Shown here: positions 22,562 through 36,200 of the stretch, in pieces
Position numbering within the stretch: position 1 is the first letter of the stretch
Layout: every line of letters starts with the position of its first letter
From: Macrostomum lignano
Taxonomy: Eukaryota
Assembly (NCBI GenBank): GCA_002269645.1
Contig: NIVC01000137.1
Location: 310,001-374,000, forward strand
DNA: 64,000 bases
Reading direction: 5' to 3'
Notes under the pieces: model-generated
Seen by the model: the letters and a program-made list of their open reading frames with translations, nothing else
Database searches by the model: none
Told to the model about the DNA's origin: nothing
Position numbers and translations under genes: made by a program

Positions 22562-24956
22562 TTGAAATGCAGCACTGTACAGTGGGCGAGAAGGGGCAGG
22601 AAGGGAAAAGATCCAAAAGTTAAAGATCCTAGGATTAATCTAACCTTTAGAGTAACCAGAGACAACAGGGCTGGCTGCACACCTCCTGAACTGGCCAACC
22701 CGAGCGTTAGACCGCCAGACGAGGCTATCACGTGCGACCTCGACAACGAGGATTCAATTCGTCGCAGAGCCAGTCAGGATGCTGCCAATCTGGAAAAAAT
22801 TAGATCAAGGTCGAACAGCAAAACTAGGCAACTAAACTCTACTAACGCACAACAAACTACTGAGCAATCAAACTCTGCTACTCAGCTTACTCAGCAGTCG
22901 CTACCAGACACCCAGCAAAATCAGCCAGAGTCTCAGCAGGCACAACCAATCACCCAGCAACACTCAAAAAACACTCAGAAAGCACACTCAGCCACTCAGC
23001 AACCAGACACACAGCAGCCAGCCACTCAGGCTAGCACTAAGCCAAAGCACTCAGACACTCAGCAACCACAAACAGACACTCAGCAGTCACAGCCAGCAAA
23101 CATGCAAGTTGCTAACAGGCAATCTAATCAGCCTAAGCAGACAGCTCAACCGACAGCTCAAGCTAGCCATCAACATGCTCAGGCATCTAGTCAATCCAAC
23201 ACAATACTTAAGCAACAAGCAATTGTCAGACACTCACACACAGAAGCCTAACAGCTACGAATTGCCGCAGCAAACAACTAACCAGCAATCAAACACTCAC
23301 TCACAGCAATCAAGCACTCGCACACAGCAGGCAAGCACACACACTCAGCAGTCACAAGCACGCACTCAGCAACAATCTAACAAATCTAAAATTGCACCGA
23401 TCATAATTGAAATGCCCATTGAGGCAAAGAACCCAATCAAGTTCGAGCAATTCTTGAAAAAATAATTTTCCAGAAACTCGCATAATTTCTGTCAAAGAGC
23501 TGTACCACAGCTCGGGGTACTATGTATTTGCCAGCACACAACAGGAAATGAACAAACTACTAACAGCACCACTAAGACTAACTGAAATCAATGGGCAAAC
23601 AGTATCCAGACGCCTGCCATCAAACAGACCGCGTCAACAGGCTGACGACAGACTGCGCAAGCCATAAAAGTCACCCAAGGTTCAATCCATCATAGTCAAG
23701 GGGTCCCTCTCGCTGTGGAAGTGGAGGAACTCTTGGCGTACCTTAGGGAAAACTATGCGCACCTGCAATTCAAAGGAGCTTTGAGAATAGTCTCCAAAGC
23801 AACGGGGCGACCTACGCCACTAATCAGACTTTTCTCGAACAGCAAAGGCACCGTTGAGTATGTTATACACGGCCACTCTCATTCTCTGCGCGGGCTATTT
23901 TATTCCAGATGCACATTGAGCTGATGTACGTGCAAGGTTGATTGTACGTGTAATGGGATGTACGTTTCTCTCGCATCGAACCCTTAGGTTGGCTCTTAAA
24001 TATATATATCGCAATCAATGCCCAAGTCGGGGCCGAAGTCTTACTCAGCAAATTATCTCTGTTTCGCGTCAGTCACTACAGAGTACTGCCTTGAGAATGG
24101 TATCCGGCTTGGAGCGCTTAGATTCCGATGCGAAGAATCTCACAACTTGCCTCCAGTCAAGGAGGTACAGTGCCAGCGCTGCCAAGGGCTGGGGCACACA
24201 GAGAATCGCTGCAGTGCCGACTTCGTTTGCAGCAAGTGCGCCGGTGCACACTTCTCAGGTGACTGCCCAGAGGACACGGCATTCAAGTGTGCCAACTGTG
24301 GCGGAAACCATCCGGCCTATTCCTTCAGATGTGAAAAGGTACGCACTGCTAGCAGGCTTGCCACGGAGAAAGAACACAGCCGCATCCAAGCACTTAAAGT
24401 TAAATTTAATCAGTCAAAACCAACTGAGCAATTAGGTACTAGTGATAGGATAGATAGTCAGTTCTTGGCCGAGACCTTCGGTGTGCCGGGGCCACTGACC
24501 TACGCCGACATGACAAGACCAAGACCAAGGCCTACTCTCAGCCCTATTGTCTACTCCAATCGTGCCGCTGCCGCTGCTGCTGCCCAACCGAACATGGTGA
24601 CCAATCAGACCGCGCTTCCTGCTGACAACGCCGTGCCGGCAATGAGCAAGCAGTCTGCACTACCGACCAGCAGCGCTGAGCCAGCCCAAGCTGAACCAAT
24701 AACGGACAATGCTGCTCCCAACGTTGTAACCGGTGAGAGGGGCTTCACGCAGAATGATGTGCTCGGGGTGGTACTTGAGGCACTCAACCGGATCATGGAG
24801 ATTGAACCGGGGCGTCTGCTCACTGCCTGGGAAGCAAGCCAGCTTGCTATTCGGGTAGTGACGGAGGTCCTGGCGACCTTCTTGAATCCCGGAAGGGTGC
24901 CTGCTGCCAGGGCAGGTGAAGCCAAAGCCACTTCGGTGAGCGGAGGCGGATCCTAA
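22562..24956 (+). pseudogene. LINE ORF1 (Gln/Thr/Ser-rich N-terminus, PRE_C2HC-like region, 3 zinc knuckles), broken
   Basis: CQRCQGLGHTENRC, CSKCAGAHFSGDC, CANCGGNHPAYSFRC; split over ORFs 22562, 23109, 23715 and 24018. Confidence 0.8.
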
Positions 24957-24981
24957 GCACTGATAAATCTGAAAATTAATT

Positions 24982-26640
24982 ATGGCTTTCAATAGTAAAA
25001 ATTCCAATAGCGCACTGAAAATTGGTCACCTAAACTGCAATAAACTTAGCAACAAAATGCACGAGATTATTATGTGGTTGCACAATGACAATATAGACAT
25101 TGGTCTTTTCTCCGAAACTGATCTCAGAGATAAGGACAAGTTTTATGTACAAGGCTACGCTGTTATCAGATACGACACTCCTGACTGCAGGAGAGGTCTG
25201 GCAATTGCTAATAAAAATACCTTAAATGTTTCGAACGTTAACAAATTTTATGACAACTCTAACCATGAGTTTATTAGCCTCAATGTCACTCCGAACAATA
25301 ACCCCAGAAACACTCTCAGGATTTCCCTTATTTACAGAGCTCCAAATCCTGACCAAATCAGCACTGCACTGCTTGAGCAGCTGCTCTCCGAACCTAGATC
25401 CTTACTTATAGGAGATCTTAACTGTCGCCACTCTATGCTGGGCGGTGACAGTGTAGAAAACTTCCCAGGGAAACAACTGTATGAATGGTTTGATAACCAT
25501 CCGGATCCCCCCTTCATCCTAAACTCCTTTGGTGACTGCACCACGATTAATAATAGAGGGGGCAACATTATTGGTAATGTACTTGATCTAGGCATCTGCT
25601 CCCCTGACCTGATTAAACTTTGTCAGTGATGTCATTGTTGGCGATGATCTCGACAGTGACCACCTACCCATTATTGTTAAAGTTTTTATTGATCCCAACT
25701 CCAGGGCTAAACCAAAACCACCCAAAAGCTACTGGCACACGGATTGGGAGACCTTCAGATACGTTCTCCAAGACAAACTAGAAAACTGCAATATGACTCG
25801 ATCCCGTATCTCCACTCCCTATGAACTTGACAAAGTCGTTGATTGAAAACTCTTCAAACAAACCAGAATTGATGCTTTTAGAGTTAAAGCAAATCAAGCT
25901 GCTAAAGAGATCAGAAATGCTATTAAAATGCATAGATATAGAAAATTTGAAATTTTATGTAACAAAATTGCCAAAACTATTTATAGAAGAGAACCGCGTC
26001 AATTCTGGGTTGACATAAAAAAATGACTGGGCAAGCTATCCAACCTATCTCTCTTCCCGCCCTTAGTTACAATGGGGTTACTGCTGAGACAGAGCAAGAG
26101 ACTGCTAACTTATTTCAGGACTTCCTTAGAGACCAAATGCAGCCTCATCCCGATTCTGAGTCCTAACTTTATGATAAAGTCATCTCCAAGGAAGATCATG
26201 AGATCTTCAGACCCCACGATAGTATGGTCAGAGCCCTGACCTACCACCGTGATAGGGCTGACCCTAGTGACCTTGATAAGGAAGACATGGAGTCCGACAT
26301 CCTCAACAGGGAGCCCCAGGCCCCGATCAGATTCCTAATATTGTCCTAAAAAAGGGGCTTAGCCCGGACTCTGTTAAAACCATTGCCAAAATTTTCAATA
26401 GCTCGTACAAGCTTTCTTCTGGGCTACTTTCCCAAGGCCTGGAAGCGGGCAACTATTAAGATGATCCCGAAGCCAAAGAAAACGAGGCACGAAATTAATA
26501 ACTACAGACCTATCAGTTTAACCTCCTGCCTGGGAAAACTGTACGAAAAAGTAATTGCCAGAAATCTCAGAATGATTTTAGAAAACTAAGGTATTATTAA
26601 TGAAGACCAATGTGCGTACAGACAAGATCACCAAGTCATC
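24982..26640 (+). pseudogene. LINE ORF2: AP endonuclease and start of reverse transcriptase
   Basis: GHLNCN, FSETDL, IGDLNC, VLDLG, DSDHLPI; WKRATIKMIPKPKK, NYRPISLTSCLGKLYEKVI; ends before the YxDD motif. Confidence 0.85.
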
Positions 26641-26679
26641 TCCCTTTCCGACAAGCTAAAAAGCCATGTAGGAGATCAG

Positions 26680-27110
26680 TGCTGCAGATGTTGATTCTAT
26701 TCTCGATCCTTTGAGCGCTGACGAGCAGGGGTCCATCCAAAGTACGAGCACTACTGCCGATCTCCGGGTGACTGACTTCATCCTCTCACTCATACCTGTG
26801 GGCACGCTCAAGAAGGTAAATAGTAACTGGTCCAAGTTTCTATCTTGGATGTCGGAGTGGCGAGTCCAACTGGACTCTGGTCTCAATGTCTTCAAGGACA
26901 TTGAGGAGTGGAACAAAAGCTATCGGGACTTCGTCTTGCAAAACTTCATCATGGAGCTCAAGAAGATTAACGGTGATATGTATCCGGCAGCGACCATTAA
27001 GGGTTTCATCCAAGGCATTCAGTTTAAACTGCAGAACTTCATGAACAAGAACTGGTCGATCCTCACAGATGCCGACTTCATCCGGACTCGCCAGTGTATC
27101 GGAAGGACGG
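26680..27110 (+). pseudogene. Crypton/ZMYM/KIAA1958-type tyrosine recombinase N-terminal (core-binding) fragment
   Basis: TLKKVNSNWSKFLSW ... LQNFIMELKKINGDMYPAATIKGFIQGIQFKL ... ILTDADF resembles the region upstream of DUF3504; no catalytic domain follows. Confidence 0.55.
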
Positions 27111-27873
27111 CAGGTTCGGCATGCCGAATCTGCAGCAACTCGTGGAGATCGGAAGATCGGAGCAATTCATGCGAGCCTATCGAGTCGTTTCTGGCCAGAA
27201 GGGGCAACGCGTGACGGTATGTCTAGCAGTGATCCTAAAACTGGGAGTTATGCACTACTAATGCTACGACAAGGGAATGACGAGAGAACGATTCAGTAAA
27301 TATATTTCAATTGCAAATCGGCAACTATTAGCAGATGCACCGGATCAGCCTTGTAGCCTCGAGATTGATAACGTCAGCAGTAACAATGAGGCGGAAGACT
27401 ATGTGCTGCCTGGACTGGCTGAGATACTCATTAGGCGTCTATCTATGTATGTGCTATTTAAAAAAAGTTACGAGTGTAATACTTCTTCGAAGCGTTAAAT
27501 AATGAGCGTACAACAGTCGATAATCATTGGAGGTAGACAATGATTCGCCATGAGTGACTAAAATTAATCTTTGTCTATGATAAAACCATATGCACAAACA
27601 CATTGTCTCATGAATGTATTTTTAGTAACCTTAAATGATTCCGAAGCTTTGAATAAATCGGGTACAGCATGACACAATTATTTTTCACGAGTGGCGAAGC
27701 AAAGTTAATTATTGACTATGACAAAACATATGCACAAGAACATTGCCTCGTGAATATATTTTTAGTAGCCTTAAATAATGATTTCGAAGCGTTGAATAAT
27801 GAGCATACATTATGGGAAAATGCTACGTCTTTACGACTTTTTTCTGAAGCATACACAACCAAGAACAGACGTA

Positions 27874-29065
27874 CGAGGGGCACTGCAGAAGTTTTTAGCC
27901 ATGAGTATATAGAAGAAGTTCTGATTTACTCCATACTTCACACAAAATTTAGGGAAGCGTTCAAATCAATTTTCACGAAAATAGATTACATAGTCGCTCA
28001 GCTGCATTCAATTTCCCACCACACGGTGAGCATTTGCTTTAATTGAACCATGTAACTAAATAGCGAGCATTTACAATCTACGATTATAAATCTGGTTTAG
28101 GTTGCTACCAGTGCCATCAAAGACTGTAATCAGCTTTTTCAGACTCTGCTCCGTCTTTTGCAACCGTTACCAGCTTGTTTCACGAATTTCGGCGCGGGCA
28201 GGCAGACCGCCAACTGATACAACATTGGAAAACATTGCAGCTAAGCGCAACATTATTGAAGCTGATCGGCGAGTGACCTATCACGAGATAGAGGCGGCCC
28301 TGGGCATTCTGCGATCCAGCATATCCTGCAACATCCCATTAGCGTGCACAAGCTGACGAGCCGTTTAGTGCTGCACTTGCTCACAGCTGAGCAGAAGCAG
28401 GCCAGGTCAGATTGGTGCAAGCAAATGATCAGATAGTTCGAAAATGGCCAATCCAAGGCGGTTTCCGACATCCCCACGTGTGATAAGACGTAGATTTACT
28501 TCTATGAGCCGGAGCGAGTGTCAATCGGGTGTGTGGGCATTCACCGACGAGGCATCTTCAACCAAGGTTGTCCGAGGCAAGGTCACTGATAAGCTGATAC
28601 TGGCTGTTTTTCAGGAGATGTGGCCATGTCGCAAAGGTGAAGCTGCAGCAGCAGCGCACAATCACAGCTGCCCGGTACATAGGCATTTGCCTGTCTGAGG
28701 CGTTCGCCAGTATCAAGAAATCGCAACCGAAGACAAGAGTGCGCATGCAAAGCAGGATTTTCTGAGGTCCAGCGAAGTTTCTCTGATGAGCCACCTGCCC
28801 TATTCACCTGAACTCGACCCGCGCGAATTTTTTTGTTCCCAAAAGTCAAAGATCGCGTGCATGCGAGGCAAGCCTGAGGACGCTGCCGATGCCTTCGAGG
28901 AATTGGTTTCACACATGTCTGATGCTCAGTGGCGCCGTTGCTTTTCTGTTTGGTTTGAGCGCATGAAAATTTGTGTGCAAGTGTGTATTTTGAGAAGCTG
29001 TGATAGTTTCTTAATAATAGCTTGTTCTGACTGGGCATTGCTATAACCTTCTGCAGTGCCCCTCG
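27874..29065 (+). mobile_element. Mariner DNA transposon with intact TIRs and a dead transposase
   Basis: Perfect inverted repeat TACGAGGGGCACTGCAGAAG (27872-27891) / CTTCTGCAGTGCCCCTCGTA (29048-29067), including the TA TSD. Remnants GRP, DRRVT..EI, HLPYSPEL.P.EF and YFEKL. Confidence 0.9.
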
Positions 29066-29699
29066 TAATAAGGTAGCAGTCAAAATTGATTGTAAACTGT
29101 TCAATATAAGGTGTTGTCAAAAATGAAGCAGACTTCTTGGGTATTAAAACAGTTTGGGTAGTGTCAGCTTTGAAGAAACCTGTCAAAATAGAATCGGACC
29201 TTGCAGCCCAATTAGTCATGTGTGCGATGTGTGTGACTTTTGTTCAGCCGACGTGGACTTCCACTGTTGAGCGAACTATTCATCCCTCAGTGCGGGTGCA
29301 GCCGTCATTGCAAATTTCCCTCACATCCACGCCACCCACTTCACTGTTAGTCTGAGCCAGCCGGTTTTGGCTAGCTGTGGACACTAGCGCGTCCCCTTCG
29401 CTTGCCTTGCGATTAGCTAGCGCCCAGTCAATCATTTAGAAACTTTTTTCCTCCAATCGCGACCCCTTCGCGCTTTGTAATTTGCGAGACTTGTCATTTT
29501 GGCTAGCTGGGCCTGGGGTAGCAATACCCCAGGGCTTAACCAGTTAGCGCAAATATATATTGATATATATTCAATGTACTGGCCCGTACTGTAGCTCCCT
29601 CTCTCTCCTCCATCTGCCAACCCTCCCCACCCCTTCCATGCTCGCAACTTTTTGTTAACTATTTTTATTATGTACTTTACTGTATTTTGGTGACACTGC

Positions 29700-30800
29700 A
29701 CTAGAGCTATCTTATTGATTTATCTTATTTATTATTGAAGTTTATTTATTTACCCAGCCATTTTCTGTGATTTCGCACCACGGATTATGGTTAGCCCTCA
29801 CCCCGTGCCCTCTTATTGGCTGTCGCTGTCATCTCTTATTATTGTTTCGTAACCCTTTTTGCTTTCTGCGTGGCTGCAGCCAATCCCCTCTCGCTCTCTG
29901 CCCCAACCGCTGTTTCTCTTACCATGCAGCTTTAACCCCACTCCATTTTGAGCTGACGTATTTATTGGCGTGCGTGCCGCCCTCCTGTCTCACGCGTGTG
30001 TTGTTTTCCCCGTTCTGATTCGCTTCTACTAGTTACCCTCTCAACTCCCGAGTGCCAAAACTGCGCAACTTTCTTTCTTTTGGGGTTCTGTGCTTCGGAT
30101 CTTTTCAACAGGGCCTGTGCGTTCGCTGCGACCCTAGTTGCCGGCCTACTGCCTGCGCGTTAGTGTGACAGCGGGTTGGCAAGCAGCAGGACTGGGTGCA
30201 GAGTCTCCCTGCTCGTATAGAGCGCGAGACGAAGCCGGTTGGTCTGTCTCGGGACACTCGGGGTCTCGGGACGTCTTGTATTCAAACTGTCCATAGTAGT
30301 CTGCGCTGGCTGCATTCGTTCAAGAATGTTAAAGGTCAAGCTGCGAGATGGCTGTAGCAGCTAGTCTGCTTCGACTACACGATGGTCTATCGAGCAGTCC
30401 GGGACCACGGGAATGCCGATGGGTTATCACGAAGGCCGAGGAGCCACTTTAGAGCAACCACGTGCCTGTCCTGCAATGAACAGCCCGAGATCAGTGCAGT
30501 CATAATCGAGTCAGAACTCCAACAGCGTGTCCGTGAAGCACAGCTCAAGCATCCTAAACTGCTTCCGCTAAGACAGGCAGTACAGACAGGGCAACTAGAT
30601 TCGCTTGGAACTGGGCACCGGTCACCAGAAACGCCCTTCTGGAAGGCGCTGATGGCCAGAAAAGATGAACTGTGCATGGTCAATGACCTGTGCGTCAGGA
30701 CAGAGAAGAAGTTCAAAGTTGAACTTCCCGAACAAGGTGCCGCGGAATCTGAGGCGGGTAGTCGCTCTGCGGCTGGGGCAGCGCAGAGGGGCGCACGGGC
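29700..30800 (+). mobile_element. Decayed Gypsy piece (LTR-like segment plus RNase H/integrase linker) related to the intact element
   Basis: 30382+: YRAVRDHGNADGLSRRPRSH..TCLSC vs intact Pol HRPGKEHGNADSLSRKYRKH..SCPSC. Confidence 0.65.
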
Positions 30801-31308
30801 AGACCGGAATCTGCGATGGAAATGAGTTGGCTGGCCATGTCACATCATCGAGTTGTCGTTGACCCCGTGGAAGGCCTCTGCAGTGATGACGTCCTGATGA
30901 TGCTGGCCGGACTTCGGAATGGTAGTAGCTGCTGGAGGAAAATACGCGGTGACGCTGGATTGCTGATGCACATGGAACTCTGTAGAACGGCCTTGGTTAG
31001 CCCGTGTTGGCATGTTAGAAGTCAGTCGTCGACAGAGTCCTGTGTTGCACTACGGAAGAAATTCGGCAATAGGCGCATGGTGATAACTTCTTCGGTTGGT
31101 GTTGGGCGATTCGACCTGTTGATGACGACGGTGGTGATGTGCTCGGATGACGATGCTTCTTTTGTGTTAATGGCTGTGACGACGGAGGCGATGGAGGTGG
31201 TGATGCTGGCTAATTATTTACAGTAATGCTGATGCTCCATGATGCTGTCGCTGGCGGGGCGTGTGCCCCCCGATCCAAGATATGCTGACGGCGCCTCACC
31301 GGACCAGT

Positions 31309-31733
31309 TGTAAAGGTTTAATGTAAATTAAGGGAAGGAAAAGAGCTAGGCGGTGGTTCTTATTTTATGTGGTTAAAAGACAGCGGAGTAAGAAGTAAGG
31401 AAGTAAAGATTATCCGCTGTGGGCACCGTATATTTATAGCCATCAGGAGCATCGCCGGAAACTTCTAGAAAATTCTAAGTATTACAAAAAAACAAATATT
31501 AATTATTGATTCCTATTAGATTTGCATTAATTGTAGTACTGCCTTACTGTAATAAATTATACATTGAATATTTATAAATGCGAGTATTAGAATTAGTTAC
31601 TGTGAGAAGAAATTTCGAGAATTTAATTTGTACTCTACGGGGAAATTTCTAGAAATTAAATAATTCAAATGCATCGAACTTTCGCGAAGGTCACTACAGT
31701 ACCACAACCTGTATCATTCCCATTATCATTACA
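31309..31733 (-). repeat. Possible LTR of another element
   Basis: TGTAA...TTACA termini, with TGGTCC.. 2 nt beyond the left end on minus; no tRNA match recognised. Confidence 0.3.
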
Positions 31734-32195
31734 TGTAATGCGAGATTACTTTAACCCGGAAAGCCCTCCCCGGGGAGCCCGAAAAAGTTAGGGTTTTTTT
31801 ACCCCTTGGTAGTTTTTGGCACCAGAATTATGAATGATATAGTAGTTTCGAGAAGTTTTTAATAAATTCACCATGGTACATGTTTATATCCATGTAAACG
31901 TTGCTGCAACATATTTTACAAAAAAATTTGAGTTAGAACTAATTTTTGACTCAAATTTACCGCGCCGCAGCAGATCAGAGAGCATTTTCGATCGACTCTG
32001 TCTAACAAAGGTGAATTCACACGATTCAGCGATAAACGCAATAAAAAGTTGACTGCAGTGTGCTGTCTGTCTGCGTAGTACATGTAATTCAATCGTTGAC
32101 AGTATAGCATCGTGACCTTCAAATTGCCTGCAGACTGTGATTCTAACAGCAGCAATTCTGCCGACGAAGTAGACTTGACAGACAGAAAGACACTC

Positions 32196-32248
<53 letters not shown>

Positions 32249-32885
32249 CTTTGACAGATAGACAAATAGACAGACACTAAGTATCTGCTGATATATACAT
32301 GTATAGATATTAAAGAAAAAAAACCGAATTTCCTTAATGAAATAAATTATATTTTAATCAATTTGTAAGCCGGTCTCAATCAATAGATGGTATAACTTTT
32401 ATCAGGAATGGGAAAGTCTCATTCAAGAATGGGAAGGCTTAAGGGATGGTAAAGCTTTGAATATAGAAAAATTGTATAGATGTGGAAGTTTTTCAGTCGG
32501 GGTGGGAGAGTTTAAAAAAATTAAAGCAATTAGTTCATGAGCTATAAAAAAGCAATGCTGAGGCTGCAAAACGGTATCTCAATTCTCAAATGTCTATGGC
32601 AGAGAGCTGCTCTCACAGCGCGAGCGCTTCACAACCTTTCGTATTATTGTAAAACAAAAATTGAATTTAATAGCAGACTGGAATACAGCTGCTTCAGTGA
32701 CGCAATGCTCCGATTTTTCCGCAAGCGATGGAACAGGGTAAGAAGCAGCGCCACTGTACCCCACGACAACAAGATGAAGCGAAAGAAATTGCAAAGACTG
32801 ACGCAAGCGGGCGAAGATTCTAAGAAAAATTCTAAATCTGCTGACGTTCAAATGGTAAGTCCGACAGTCCGATAGTATGTCCGAT

Positions 32886-33149
32886 AATTGATTACACCTG
32901 CCCTATTGGCCAGATGTGCAACCGACAGCTCAGCCGCAGCTATTGCGCGGCGCATCTGAAGGCTGCGTGCGGCTGTTCAGTCCAAGGACTGGGGGGTCGC
33001 CACACACCCCAGCTACATGTAATTCTGGCACCCAAGCAATGCAGAGTTGAGTGTCTTGCTCAAGGGCACAATTTGTTCCAGTGGTATCGGGAATCGAACC
33101 CCCGACCTTCAAGTCGCGAGTCCAAACGCTCTAACCACTAGGCTAGAAC
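32886..33149 (-). mobile_element. tRNA-derived CORE-like SINE, copy 1
   Basis: Reverse complement of the family at 36861 and 39048. Confidence 0.85.
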
Positions 33150-33244
33150 TCCAGCGGAGTCAGCGGAATGGCAGAAATACTCGTAGCTACTGGTGTGCAG
33201 TCATCATTGCAACAAACCAGCGCTTTTCTTCCCGACTCTCACAG

Positions 33245-36200
33245 GCAGTTTCCCAAACGGCACCGAAAAGATCGCGCAGCGTCAGCGTCAGCAGCGCCTG
33301 CCAGACCGACTGTCCGCACCTGTGCAGTTGCGGCTGCTCTGCAGGAGAAGCCAGCGGCCTCAGCAATTCCAGCTTTGAGCGAAATGAGAAAACTTGCGAT
33401 TTAGTGGAGAGAATGCTTCAGGTGAAAACTGGGAAAGCCATATTCCTGTACATCAATATTGTGTCTGTGTACATCACTCGTGTGTGTCTGTGTACATCAA
33501 TATTGTGTCTGTGTACATCACTCATCACTCGTGTGTGTCTGTGTACATCAATATTGTGTCTGTGTACATCAATCGTGTGTGTCTGTGTACATCACTCGTG
33601 TGTGTCTGTGTACATCAATATTGTGTCTGTGTACATCACTCGTGTGTGTCTGTGTACATCAATTGTGTGTGTCTGTGTACATCAATCGTGTGTGTCTGTG
33701 TACATCAATCGTGTGTGTCTGTGTACATCAATCGTGTGTGTCTGTGTACATCAATCGTGTGTGTCTGTGTACATCAATCGTGTGTGTCTGTGTACATCAA
33801 TCATGTGTGTCTGTGTACATCAATCGTGTGTGTCTGTGTACATCAATCGTGTGTCTGTGTACATCAATCGTGTGTGTCTGTGTACATCAATTGTGTGTCT
33901 GTGTACATCAATCGTGTGTGTCTGTGTACATCAATCGTGTGTGTCTGTGTACATCAATCGTGTGTGTCTGTGTACATCAATCGTGTGTCTGTGTACATCA
34001 ATCGTGTGTGTCTGTGTACATCAATTGTGTGTCTGTGTACATCAATCGTGTGTGTCTGTGTACATCAATCGTGTGTCTGTGTACACCAATCGTGTGTGTC
34101 TGTGTACATCAATCTTGTGTGTCTGTGTACATCAATCGTGTGTCTGTGTACATCACTCGTGTGTGTCTGTGTACATCAATTGTGTGTGTCTGTGTACATC
34201 AATCGTGTGTGTCTGTGTACATCAATTGTGTGTCTGTGTACATCAATCGTGTGTGTCTGTGTACATCAATCGTGTGTGTCTGTGTACATCAATCGTGTGT
34301 GTCTGTGTACATCAATCGTGTGTGTCTGTGTACATCAATATTGTGTCTGTGTACATCAATCGTGTGTGTCTGTGTACATCAATCGTGTGTGTCTGTGTAC
34401 ATCAATCGTGTGTGTCTGTGTACATCAATCGTGTGTCTGTGTACATCAATCGTGTGTGTCTGTGTACATCAATTGTGTGTCTGTGTACACCAATCGTGTG
34501 TGTCTGTGTACATCAATCTTGTGTGTCTGTGTACATCAATCGTGTGTCTGTGTACATCACTCGTGTGTGTCTGTGTACATCAATTGTGTGTGTCTGTGTA
34601 CATCAATCGTGTGTGTCTGTGTACATCAATCGTGTGTGTCTGTGTACATCAATCGTGTGTGTCTGTGTACATCAATCGTGTGTCTGTGTACACCAATCGT
34701 GTGTGTCTGTGTACATCAATCTTGTGTGTCTGTGTACATCAATCGTGTGTCTGTGTACATCACTCGTGTGTGTCTGTGTACATCAATTGTGTGTGTCTGT
34801 GTACATCAATCGTGTGTGTCTGTGTACATCAATCGTGTGTGTCTGTGTACATCAATCGTGTGTGTCTGTGTACATCAATCGTGTGTCTGTGTACATCAAT
34901 CGTGTGTGTCTGTGTACATCAATTGTGTGTCTGTGTACATCAATCGTGTGTGTCTGTGTACATCAATCGTGTGTGTCTGTGTACATCAATCGTGTGTGTG
35001 TCTGTGTACATCAATCGTGTGTGTCTGTGTACATCAATTGTGTGTCTGTGTACATCAATCGTGTGTGTCTGTGTACATCAATCGTGTGTGTCTGTGTACA
35101 TCAATTGTGTGTCTGTGTACATCAATCGTGTGTGTCTGTGTACATCAATCGTGTGTGTCTGTGTACATCAATCGTGTGTGTGTCTGTGTACATCAATCGT
35201 GTGTGTCTGTGTACATCAATCGTGTGTGTCTGTGTACATCAATCGTGTGTCTGTGTACATCAATCGTGTGTGTCTGTGTACATCAATTGTGTGTCTGTGT
35301 ACATCAATCGTGTGTGTCTGTGTACATCAATCGTGTGTGTCTGTGTACATCAATCGTGTGTCTGTGTACATCAATTGTGTGTCTGTGTACATCAATCGTG
35401 TGTGTCTGTGTACATCAATTGTGTGTCTGTGTACATCAATCGTGTCTGTCTGTGTACATCAATCGTGTGTCGTGTGTCGTGTGAACACGTACATCACTCG
35501 TGTCTGGGTGTACATCACTCGTTTCTGGGTGTACATCACTCGTGTCTGGATGTACATCACTCGTGTCTGGGTGTACATCACTCGTGTCTGGGTGTACATC
35601 ACTCGTGTCTGGATGTACATCACTCGTGTCTGGGTGTACATCACTCGTGTCTGGATGTACATCACTCGTGTCTGGGTGTACATTACTCGTTTCTGGGTGT
35701 ACATCACTCGTGTCTGGGTGTACATCACTCGTGTCTGGGCGTACATCACTCGTGTCTGGGTGTACATCACTCGTGTCTGGGCGTACATCACTCGTGTCTG
35801 GGTGTACATCACTCGTGTCTGGGCGTACATCACTCGTGTCTGGGTGTACATCACTCGTGTCTGGGCGTACATCACTCGTGTCTGGGTGTACATCACTCGT
35901 GTCTGGGCGTACATCACTCGTGTCTGGGTGTACATCACTCGTGTCTGGGTGTACATCACTCGTGTCTGGGTGTACATCACTCGTGTCTGGGTGTACATCA
36001 CTCGTGTCTGGGTGTACATCACTCGTGTCTGGGTGTACATCACTCGTGTCTGGGTGTACATCACTCGTGTCTGGGTGTACATCACTCGTGTCTGGGTGTA
36101 CAGGCACAAGAATCCGGTACCCAAGCTGTACACAGCAGTAACCCAAGTCACGCTGTCGGCATTCCACAGGCCCAGCATCCAGACGATATCGAAGCGGCAG

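Larger units (their letters stand above)
22290..26640 (+). mobile_element. 3'-truncated LINE (Jockey/I-group-like): 5' UTR, ORF1, partial ORF2
   Basis: ORF1 with three CCHC knuckles and ORF2 with APE and RT N-terminus; frameshifts and stops present. Confidence 0.85.

Noticed and set aside
28780-28800. CTGATGAG hammerhead-ribozyme core
   Set aside because: It lies within mariner coding remnant, with no matching GAAA core and flanking stems.
32537-32875. Possible Penelope-like ORF N-terminal fragment
   Set aside because: Only a vague K-KKL-RL pattern; no RT or GIY-YIG motif.
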